A stretch of 54,315 bases of DNA. Source: Phoronis australis. Its lineage: Eukaryota > Animalia > Phoronida. A program made the position numbers and the translations under genes. Below the pieces are notes generated by a model. It did not search any database and was not told the origin of the DNA. It saw nothing but the letters and a program-made list of their open reading frames with translations. Shown piece by piece: positions 24,101 through 36,100 of the stretch. The stretch is from positions 397,503 through 451,817 of the forward strand of contig NMRA01000365.1 of NCBI GenBank assembly GCA_002633005.1, given 5' to 3'. Position 1 is the stretch's first letter; the number at the start of each line of letters is the position of its first letter.

Positions 24101-27100
24101 CTCAAAATTTTAGTTTGCACCCAATGACCTTTAACATATTTTCTCTGATATGATGACCCTATTGCTTAGTAAAGTAGGGTATTTCATTGGCATGTAGGTT
24201 TACACCAATGTGCTGGAATTGAAGAGAATTCCTTGAAAAATGTAGAAAAAATAAAATTTTCAAAAGTAGATGACCTTTGCACTAATTGACCCTATCCAGT
24301 GCATTACAAGCCCTTTTAGTAGAACTATAATTCCATGAAAATTATATTTAATGCTGAGGATCACAGTTGTCTAACGGTTGACACATCAGACTACTTGGTG
24401 AATGAAAAGGACAGATTTTCAGAAGAAAAATGCATCTAATGACCCCATGGTTGCACTAAATCACCTGGAACTTCGTATTTCTAATTGAATTAGGCGTACC
24501 GATCAGACTTGTGAATTTGAAGTGTCTAGCTCAAAATTTAGTTTGCATTCAATGACCTTTGACCTATTTTTTCTGATTGGTTAGATCTATTGGGTAGTAA
24601 AGTAGGGTGTTCAATTGGCATGTTGACTTACCCCAGTGTGCTGAAATTGAAAAGAATTCCTTGAAAAACGTGAAATATAACATTTTGAATGTTAGATGAC
24701 CTTTGCACTAATTGATCCTTGAGGAGAATTATTGCAAAGCCCATGAAAAATGTCTTTAATGCTGAGAATCACAGTTGTCTAACAGTTGACACATCAGAAT
24801 ACTTGGTGATTGAAAAGGTCAAATGTTCAGAAGACAAATGCACCTAATGACCCCATATTTGCACTAAATGACCTGAAACTTTGGATTCCAACTTGAATTA
24901 CCTGTGCCAATCAGACCTGTGAATTTGAAATGTTTAGCTCAAAGTCTTAGTTTGCACCTAATGACCTTTGACCACTTTAACCTGATTGGATGACCCTATT
25001 ACTTAGAAAAATAATTTTTTAAATTGCTTTATTGACTTATACCTGTGTACCGAATTTGAAAAGAATAGCTTTTCAAATAAAGAAGGAGTAGCGTTTTGAA
25101 AATTACATGACCTTTGCACCAAATGACCTCTTTCGGTGCATTATGGAATATGAATATATAATGAATCAAAATCTATATACTGCCTAACGTTATATGTTAA
25201 ATTTGAAGAACATAGCTGCACCCAATTTGGAGTTATTAAGCCTCAAAGTTGGTCGGAAGAAGAATAAGAACTAGAAAGATTATTGTCACGGCGTGACAAT
25301 AATGGACTCTGCACGTGCGTATTAGTGTAATTGTTATGGTAAGTTTTTGACAGCAACCAGTTTACAAATATGAGAAGGAATTCTTTAAAATTGTAGGAGA
25401 AATTACATGTTAATATTTTGATGACCTTTCCACTAATTGACCTCTTCCGGTGCATTATGAGCTCAATGAGGGAAAAATTCTAAACTCAATTAAAAGTGTG
25501 GTTAATGCTAAAAATCACAGAGGTTTTACTTTAAGCACTTCAGAACACAAGATGAATGAAGTGGTCAAACTTTCAGAAGAAAAATGCACCTAATGACCCC
25601 ATGGGTGCACCAAATGACCTGAAAATTTAGAATTCAAACTCAATCGCACATAGTAAACAGATATGTAATTTTGAAGTTTCTAGCTCAAAATTTTAGTTTT
25701 CACCTAATGACCTTTGACCTGTTTATCTGAATGGATGATTCGATTACTTAGAAAAGTAATTTTTTAAATTGTGTTGTTGACATATACCTGTGCACCGAAT
25801 TTGAAAAAGATAGCTTTAAAACTGAAGAAGGAGTAGCATTTTGAAAGTTATATGACCTTTGCACCAAACGACCTCTTCCGACGCAATATGGAATATGATT
25901 ATGTAAGGAATCAAAATTTATATACTGTCAAAAATCATAGGCTGAATTTAAAGACCGTACCTGCACTCAATTTGGAGTTATTAAGCGTCAAACTTGGTCA
26001 GAAGAAGAATAAGAATAAGAAGAATAACATTGAAAAAACCCAGGAACAACAGTACTCTGCGCTTACACGCGCAGAGTAATAAAATTGAAGAAAACCCAGG
26101 AACAACAGAACTCTGCGCTTGCACGCGCAGAGTCCATTATTGTCATGTCCTCAGTGAGACTAAATAAGATAGTTTCATTTGAAAAAAATCCCCTTGTATG
26201 TACTTCGTCACTTGCAGTTTCACAGATAAAGAAATGTTAACCTTATGAAAATATCCACATTTTGTTTGCTTTCAGAGGGTGGGAGTAGGGAGAGGGTTTA
26301 GCGTAAGGTTTTTACGCTTGGCAACATGGCGGTAATTGTGAGTGTTGTCTTTTATTGATATTACATCATGCTGCCCTGCATAAATAAGGGTTTAGACTCT
26401 GGAGCTCAATTCCATCAAAACTTTAGCACTTGGGCTGCTCTTTTCATTTCAGAGCCTCTTGTACGAGTTCTTGGCGTGACTGCCTGCAACCGTCAGAAGG
26501 AACTTTTGTTCTTACGCAAACTACTATTTGGACTTGCGACTCAAGAGTCCTTATACGCTGTGGGCAGACCAGAGTTCTTCCTCTTTGTTGGTCCTGATGA
26601 GTATGATGTATGTTGGAGTACAATTCTGCATTGCTATTGATAAAATCTCACCAATGTGGATGAAAGCCAGAATTAGCCTTGTTTCATTTTCCAAAGGCTG
26701 AAAATAATGTTGTTAATGCCCACAATTTCTAAAAGAATTGTTTGGTGGTAGCTATGACAAGGAACTTTAAATGAAAAAATAATATTTGGTGCTACACATC
26801 GTTTGTGAAAAACAAAAAAACAAATTTCACATCTCTTCATTGTGTATCTTAAATTGTTGCGACAATGCCATCAAGTGATTATAAACTTTTGGCCTTGTTA
26901 CACTAAATTATTTTCTGTAATGTCGGAGAGCTGCCTTAACATCTTGATGGAATGGTCTTGGGATGAGTGGAAGCTGACAAGTTTGGTACAAATGTGCCTT
27001 GAATATAGGACTCATTTATAAATGGTAAATTAACATACTTTTAATATAGGACTCGTTTATGAATAGTAAGAACATGCCTTGAATATAGGACTCATTTATG

Positions 27101-30100
27101 AATGGTAAAAGCATTCTTTTAATATAGTACTCGTTTATGAATGGTAAAAACGTGCCTGGCATGTAGTAGGACTCATATGTAGAAAATTAAATCAATTACT
27201 GGACTTATGGGTTGAGTTGGCTACGTTGCGTCCTCCTCTCAAGGTCTTTGGCAGGCCACTGAGATGTCACGTGACTCATAATGTGATCAACAGCACAGTT
27301 TGCACTCTTTAGTGCCCTATCCCACATTCTTGGCAACAGAAACCTCAGGCTCCCTTGTCTGTTTAAGCTAGGATTCTCCACTCTCCTCTGGATAAAGAGG
27401 AAAGTTGGTTTCCTTGACCCCTCTCCTGAACCAATTTTCCTCTCTAGGGCGCTAAAGAGTATCCCGCGCAAACTGTGCTGTCGATCACATAATGAGTCAC
27501 GTGACATCTCAGTGGCCTACTGAAGTCGCCGAGAGGAGGACGCAACGTAGTCAACTCAATCCGTAAGTACAGTAATTGATTTAATTTTTTACATATTATT
27601 TATTCATCATAGTAGGACTCATTTATGAGTGGTAAAAACAGGCCTAGAATATAATAGGACTCATTTATGAGTGGTAAAGACAAGCCTGGAATAGGACTCA
27701 TTTGTGAATTTCCTGCTCAGGTTGTATCACGTCTGCTCCCCCATTTGGTCTCCCAGTTTTCGAGATCATACCCTGAATTGTGATACATCCCATACTAAAT
27801 ACTTTAGAGAAGTTCAGGTTGATGCTTATGTTTCACATGACAAACACCCTTGACATGTCCACTTTAAAACGCCAGTGCTTGTTTTTTTCAAAATCTGGGA
27901 CAAAATTGATTGCAGCAGTTGCCAAGACCTCTTTAAGAAATCACAGTAGTCATTTTTTTAACTTCAGAAATAATAGTTGTGGGTCATGATCTAATCGACC
28001 ATTTTCTCTGTTAGTCATATGCTATTGTTTTGTCCTTGGTAGTAACTGACATATTTGTTACGTGGTCAGGTCACCTGGTTACTACCGGTTTGTTACCAGC
28101 GAGGACAAGCAGTCTCCTATCACCCACGGGGGTGCAACATCAGAAAGAGGACCACTATTTGATATGATTGCCCCTTTGCAGTATATATACTCTTGTTCAC
28201 TGTTGCTTGTGTTTCATAGGTGATGACCATGCCATTCCCACCCAGTAACCTCACGAAGTACAGACCACCTGCCGTGTTTTATAAACTTTTTTTTGACATT
28301 ACTCTGATTGACAAGGTGATTCTTTGGAATTTAATATCTTGAGTTACTGTTTGATGTGTTCATACTTGTATAATTGAGAAATGTGTGGTTTCATTTAAAA
28401 CTGAAAAATGTTTTATAACATTCAGAGGCAGATTTTCACACAAACTGAAAGCTTGTTTAAAGTTGAGTTTCTAGTTGCGGAAACAAACAATACGATAACT
28501 ATTTTGGATAAAAATATTTACCGAAATTGCTCTTTTTATGCGGCCACATATTTATATGTGGACACATTATGAACTTTCGGACGGACCCGACTACAGTTGT
28601 GCTCCCTAGTGGCAATTTTAGTTTTTTTATGCTTACCTGTATATTTTCAAAGGTCTATAGCGTATTTTCATAAAATTTGGCATGTAGACATCTATTAATT
28701 AGATGACGCTATCCTCCTGTTTTCATATAGATTCAACGTAATTTGCGCCACCTAGTGGCCATGTTTATTAATTTCGAGTCTGTTTTTAGTCGTCCACCTC
28801 TCTATCAACCAAACCGCTCTAAGGATGATTGTGAAAATTGGCAGGTATGTTTTCACTATGAAGAGGACGGCTGACGATGATTTTCTGACGATTTTGACGA
28901 CTGGCGCTTCCCAATGGCAGCTTTGTTATTTTGCGCCTATGTCTGTATCTCCTAAATCATCTGCAGGATCTTTACTAAATCTAGTAAGTGCATTTATATG
29001 ATGTTGACAAAGGACGACAACTTTTGGATGGATTTTACTACTGGTGTGCCCCCTGGTGGCAATTTTATTTATGTTAACCTCTGTATCTTTAAAGGTCCTC
29101 AAAGTATTTCCAAAAAATTTGGTGAACAGGCTTCTGTTAGTGTGGTGACACTATCTTTCCATTTTCAGATGGATTCAACTTAGTTTGCACCACCTAATGG
29201 CCATTTGTACCGTTTTCAAGTCTGTTTTTTGGTGTACACCCCTCTATCAACCAAATCGCTTTCGGGATAATTGTGAAAATTGGCATGTATGTTTTTACTA
29301 TAAAGTGGATGGCTGACGATGATTTTCCGATGACTTCAGCTACTGTGGCACCTCCTAGTGGCAGTTTGGTTGTTTGCGCCCATGGCTGTATCTCTTAAAC
29401 CGTTTGCAGGATCTTTACTAAATTTAACAAGTGTATTTATATGATGTTGACAAAGAACAACGACAACTTTCGGACGGATCTGACTACAGGTGTGCCTCCT
29501 AGTGGCAGTTTTTTTTTGCGCCCTTAGCTCTATCTCCTAAGCCCTCTGCAAGATCTTTACTAAATTTAGCAAGTGTATTTATGTGAAGTTGACTATGGAA
29601 GACGGCAACTTTACGACATATCCGACGAACGCTGTGGCCCCTAGTGGCAATTTCATTTTTTGTTTTCCTCTGTTTCTCTAAAGTTCCTTGACGGATTATC
29701 ATGAAATGTACCATATAGCTTTCTGTTAAAAAACGGTGACATTTTTGGTTTTTTGATTGATTCGAAGTATTTTGCACCATCTAGTGGCCATTTTTATGAC
29801 ACAAATAAACACCTCTAGAAGCACACCGTTTGCAGTGCATTTGTGGGTGCATTTCAATGCTCCGCATTGCTCTTGTTCAAAATGTTATCTACAACACAAC
29901 AGATGTTAGCTACAACACAACAGGTGTTAGCTACAACACAACAGGTGTTAGTTGCAACACAAATCTTGGAATATAACATTTGATTCTTCAGGTAGATGTA
30001 CAAATTTGTATGCGAATGACGTTGGTGGGATTGGCTAAATATTCGAGTCTGTTTAAGTCGAGTTTGAGTTGGGAGATTAGATTCTAGGCCATGATTATCA

Positions 30101-33100
30101 TCACATATACAACGGAGTTCATGTTTGCGGAATTTATTAAATACACAGCAACTTTCATTCATACTCGTTCAAGTTGATGGTATATTTGTCGTTCCTCCAG
30201 ACAACTATTCGAAAGACCAATTGAAAGCTGCCAAATGACAGGGCTGTCATGTATTCAACTGAATAAATTCTACCTAAAAGTAGGGCTGCTACCATACTAT
30301 TCAGAATTAAGTTCATGACCACTTATTCGCTTTTAGTATATAAGCGTCGTCAGGAAAAAATAGAAATATGCCTACAGTCGCACCAGTAATGAGCAAATGG
30401 TTGAGTCTCTATACAGCATGCTACCTTGTCTTGCTTGTCAAAGCAACAGTGTGTCTCTGCCGTTTGGTGATACTACCATGTTTGGTGATACGTCCATGTT
30501 TGGTGATACGTCCATGTTTGGTGATACGTCCATGTTTGGTGATACGTCCCTGTTTGGTGATACGTCCGTGTTTGGTGATACGTCTGTGTTTGGTGATACG
30601 TCTGTGTTCGTTGTTTCTTGTCACTGCATTTGCTCATTACTCTTTCAACTATTGGTCACATGATGTGGACGTGTTTATACTTATCTTTTGGATTAAATGC
30701 AAAACGTTGATGATGAACTTGTCTGTACCCTAAAGAAATGACAAAACATTGATCATGAACTTGTCTGTACCCTTGAGAAATGGCAAAATGTTGATAATGA
30801 ACTTGTCTGTTCCCTTGAGAAATGGCAAAACGTTGAACATGAACTTGTCTTTTTCCCTTGAGAAATGGCAAAACGTTGATAATGAACTTGTCTTTTTCCC
30901 TTGAGAAATGGCAAAACGTTGAACATGAACTTGTCTGTACCCTTGAGAAATGGCTTGTTAGTAAAAGAAACAAATCATCCTCAGATTATAAATGAAGTCT
31001 TACGTATCCATTTATCAATAAAAACAAAGTGCTTACTAAAGATGCTATTCAGTCACCTTTGAGTATAGCCCCCTGTTTTAATGTTGGGGTCACCACCCAA
31101 AGGCTACCATTAAAGTGGCCCCCTTTGTTAATATTGGGGGCACCACCCAAAGGCTGCCAAAAAGTGGCCCCCTGTATTAATTTTGGGGGCACCACCCAAA
31201 GGCTACCTTTAAAGTGGCCCCCTGCATTAATATTGGGGGCACCATCCAAAGGCTACCAAAAAGTGGCCCCTTGTATTAATATTGGGGACACCACCCGAAG
31301 GCTACCATTAAAGTGGCCCCCTGTATTAATATAAGGGGCACCACCCAAAGGCTACCAAAAAGTGGCCCCCTGTATTGATATTGGGGGCACCACCCAAAGG
31401 CTGCCAAAAAGTGGCCCCCTGTATTAATATTGGGGGCACCACCCAAAGGCTACCATTAAAGTGGCCCCTGTATAAATATTGGGGGCACCACCCAAGGGCT
31501 ACCAAAAAGTGGCCCCCTGTATTAATATTGGAGGCACCAACACCAAAAAGTGGATTCCTCCATTTCAAGATAGGCAGCTCCTCTCTGGTCATCTGTGTTG
31601 TGCCCCCAATGTTATTTTAATTAAGTTATTCCTCTTAAAATGATGTAAATGAAAATTCCATTGCGGGCGTCAGAAGTGGGGGCCCCTATACTATAAACCA
31701 TATAGGGGGCCTCACTGAGTCTGAGTCCCAAAATCGAATTTTTTTGCTGATGTCATCTTAATAAGAATAGGCCATTTAAAATGAGCTGTTTTAGGTGCTT
31801 TAGAGGAAGTTTGTTATAAGTAGTGACAAAGCTTTTTTACTTTAGTTATATGTGATCTATATTTTAGGTTCCTAAAACATGTTTCACACCCAAATTGCCA
31901 GTCCGAATTAAAAAGGTAAGTTCATTTTCTATAGTATAATATTTGCTGTCTTGTAGTTGTCTCATAAATCCAGCAACAAAAAGTGTTTAAATTGAAGGTA
32001 TATCAAGCGGTATTTATATCAAGCAATACTTATATCGAGCGATATAGAGAGAGAGAAACTTTTATTTTTTTAAGTCATATAACACGAGTGAATTGTTATA
32101 TGACTGGGTGGCCAGCAAAGGCAGGTGCCACTAATAGCTGACCACCTGGTAACAATGAATTAAATAGATATTAACAATTAAGAAGAACAATGTAAATTTC
32201 AACAGAAAAAATTACATTAACAATGAAATAAGATACAAAGCAAAATTATTTAAAACGTAAATAATGAATTTTACCAAAAATAAAACATGGAGACTATTGA
32301 TATAAGAGAGACCACTCGGTTAGAAAAGCATATGACTTAAATTTTAGGCAGATGATCACGGTTACTTCAATTAGAACATGCATAACAATGTAGAACGTTA
32401 CACTGAGAGCGATATTTAGGTAATGCTACTATTAGTATTGAGTGGTTGAATTTAATTTTCCAGCAGTAACAGAAATTCAAGTTATGAAATAAGACCAGTT
32501 TTAAAAAACATCAAATAAACAAAGAAAAATCAGGAACCCCAACTGGGAATCGAACCGCAGGTCTTTAGATTGCCGGTCTAGTGCAATCTAGAGACCTGTG
32601 GTTCGATTCCCAGTTGGGGTTCCGGATTTTTCTGTATTTTTTGATATATTTCATTAGTGGCCAACCTCAGCATCTATATATTTAAAAAACATTTTGATTT
32701 CTATGGCAATGCCGTGGTCAGAACAGAGACTGTAGATGTTGTCTTAGCTTTGAATACCTGCTGAAGCTGTCAGTGCTTGACATAACTTGAATGTTCGTTT
32801 CATCATTGTTTCTGTATGGAAAGTATTGAATAGGTATCTATGTTTGCCTGAGATTACATCATTTAAGGCGTCTTAACAATTAAAAACATTCACCTCATTA
32901 CTGCTTCACCTTAGATGCACTTTTTGAGTTGTAAAAGATATAACTAAAAATGAAAAGATAACTAAAATTGAAAAACATCTATTTCTTCTCTTCATCATCT
33001 TACTGTATTTTATTTGAAGTAAAAATTCAGCAGGATTATCCTCATCAGTATTAGTGCAGTTGAGCATAAACTAAAGTTTGTTTCGAATGTAGTGGTTTTG

Positions 33101-36100
33101 TGACGAGTTTATTTACGATCTCGAAAACTGAGAATGCTCCCCAAAAACTGGGTCCACTGACCGTAGTGTTTGGAACACTGATGTGTTTCAGTAAAAATCC
33201 TTGAGTTCACACTGTGTGAAGCAGACAGTAGAACACCAGGAATACGCTATAAATCAAATAATCCTACAGCATTTGTTCAGACTGGAATTAATAGAAATAA
33301 TGGCAAATTCATTTCCCTCAGAGCAGTGATCTGAAAACCAACTTGAAAACGTGGCCTTATTTGCCACTAAAAACCAATCTCAAAAATTTCCGTGCCACTG
33401 ACAACATCCAGAGCGTTGATGAGTCATAAAAGCTGTTAGGAAAAATTCCAGGGCTTGCTTGTGTCTACCAAGTTTGAATGCCAGCAGGTTTTCTCTGAAT
33501 TCCAACAGAATGTTGAAACAAATGCAGATTTTTTAATTAATGTGTTTCATAATTAACATATTTCTTAATTTGCATATTCATTTATTTGTTATCAAAGCGA
33601 TAAGTAGAAGAGAAGACAATGCATCTTTAAAAAATTTCTAGGCATGTTATTTGTGTTATGGTCAAATCTCACCAACTGTGGACAAAACGAATTGCCAAAA
33701 TGTCCCTTTTTATGCACCCACATACTTGTATGTGGGTGCATTATGCCGTCATCTCCGTTCGTCATCCGTTCGGCGTTCCTCCAGTGTCTGTCCATCTGGC
33801 GTCCACTGCTCTATCTCCAAAACCCTTCCGTGTATGTTCATGAAATTTTGCATGTGTTCCTTTCATGAATGGGACGGCACGAGCGAACTTTCGGACGGAT
33901 CCATTTGTGAGATGACGCAATCCTCCTGTTTTCGGATGGGTTCGACGTAGTTAGTGCTACATAGTGGCCATTTTTACTGTTTTACTGTTTTCGAGTCTGT
34001 TTTTGGATGTTCACCCCTCTATCAACCAAACCGCTCTAAGAATGATTGTAAAATTGGCAAGTATGTTCTTACTATGAAGAGGATGGCTTATGATCAATTT
34101 CCGACAACTTCGACTACTGTGGCACCTCCTTGAGGCAATTTTGTGGGTTTTTTTGCACCCATGGCTGTATCTCCTAAATTGTTAGCAGGATCTGTACTAA
34201 ATTTAGTTAGTGTATGTATATGATTTTGACAACAGACGACCACGTCTTTCGGACGGATCTGACTACCGGTGTGCCCCCTTGTGTGAGTTTTAGTTTTTTA
34301 TGGTTACCTATGTATCTTCAAAGGTTCTTAATGGATTTTCATAAAATTTGTAATATAGGCATCTATTAGTGAGATGATGCTGTCCTCCCATTTTCGGATG
34401 GAATTGAGGTAATTTGTGCTACGTAGTGGCCTTATTTTGCTGTTTTTGGGTACCCTCTCTATCAACCAAACCATTCTAAGGATGATTTTGAAAATTGGCG
34501 TACATGTTGTCAGTGTGAAGAGGGCGGTTGACGATGACAACTTGGACTACTGTGGTAGTTTTGTTTTGCGCCCATAGCTGTATCTCCTTATCCCAACTGT
34601 AGGATCTTTATTAAATTTAATTAGTAAGTATGTTTATATGAAGCTAACAACAGACGACGGACGACGACTTTTAGGCAAACGCTGTGCCCCTAGTAGTAAT
34701 TTCATTTGTTTCTGTTTTCTTTTGTTTCTTTGAAGTTCCGGGACAGATTTTTATATAATTTGGTAAATAGCTTTCTATTAAAGAAGCGAAGGCATGTTTC
34801 TGTTTTCGGATGAATCGGACGTTATTGTACCATCTTGTGGCCATTTTTATCATACAAATAAATAACCCTTGAAACACTCTGTTTGTGGTGTGTTCGTCTG
34901 TGCATTTCAGTGCTCCATGTTGCTCTTGTTAAATTTTTGAGATCCTCTAACATTTGTGTCAGTGCCCATGTTTTGAAATATTGTTGGCTTGTAGATACCG
35001 TACTGAACTTGGAAATGGTAAAGCTTTAATTTGGTGCTACCTATCGTTCAGCTAAAAAACAAACACTATATCACTCGTCAGTCATTCCATACCCAAGTGA
35101 GTAATGTTTTTTCCAGAGAGCTGATGCCGAGAACGACCCCTCTTTTCTCTACTTTGTACACCTTCGGCCGAAGCAGTACCTCTATCGCGATGTTTGCTCC
35201 TTGGAATACTTTCCAGCTTTCCTGTTCTTTGTTCAACAGCTGATGTACAAGAGAAAGTGGCGCCTAATCCCAAGATTTGAGTGAGTGTTGGTTATCAAAT
35301 AATTCATTGCATCTGCAGTCTTTCAATCAGGGCTGTTCCAGTTTATTATATATGGGAGGGGGAAGGCACTTTCATTTTATACCCACTGCCCATATTTTTC
35401 TTTTATTTCTCCAACCCTCCGCTCTTAAGTATTAATTAGGTTGAAATATAAAATGCAACCGCTCACAGTATGCTTTAATTATACAGGGTAATGTACACGT
35501 TAGGTTTCATTTTCATGCGCCCACATATTTATATGTGGACGCATTATGCTGTCATCTCCGTCTGGCGTCCGCTGCCCTATCTCCAAAACGCCTTGATTTA
35601 TATTCATGAAATTTTGCACGTGTGTTTCTTCTGTGGATGGGACGTCATGAGCGAACTTTTGGACGGATCCGACTGCCGGTGTGCCCCCTAATGACAATTT
35701 TAGTTTTTTACGTTTACCTCTGTATCTTCAAAGTCCTCAATGGATTTTCATAAAATTTGTTATAGGCACCTATTAATGAGATGGCGCCATCCTCCTGTTT
35801 TCGGATGGATTTGAAATAGTTTGCGCCACCTAGTGGCCATTGTTACTATTTTCGAGTTTTTTTGCGTCCACCCCTCTATCAACCAAACCGCTCAAAGGAT
35901 GATTGTGAAAATTGGCATGTATGTTCTTACTATGAAGTGGACGGATGACGATGATTTTCCGACGACTTCAACTACTGTGGCACCTCCTAGTGACTGTTTT
36001 GTTTTTTTTTTTGCACCTATGGCTGTATCTCCTATACCGTTCGCAGAATCTTTACAAAATTTAGTTCATTATTTCAAAATTCCTTGAAGAGGGAGCAATT

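Noticed and set aside
30368-30733. CLVIRP / FGDTSM repeat ORFs
   Set aside because: Artefact of the 18-bp minisatellite.
31068-31540. Palindromic repeats resembling a CRISPR array
   Set aside because: Units are contiguous with no unique spacers, there are no cas genes, and the context is a eukaryotic intron.
33025-33052. CTGATGA + short stem on the - strand as a second hammerhead
   Set aside because: No GAAA box follows the putative stem II.
34995-35116. Alternative upstream acceptor for TFB2M exon 7
   Set aside because: It gives an immediate in-frame stop (ATA CCG TAC TGA); the acceptor at 35116 is stronger and stays open.
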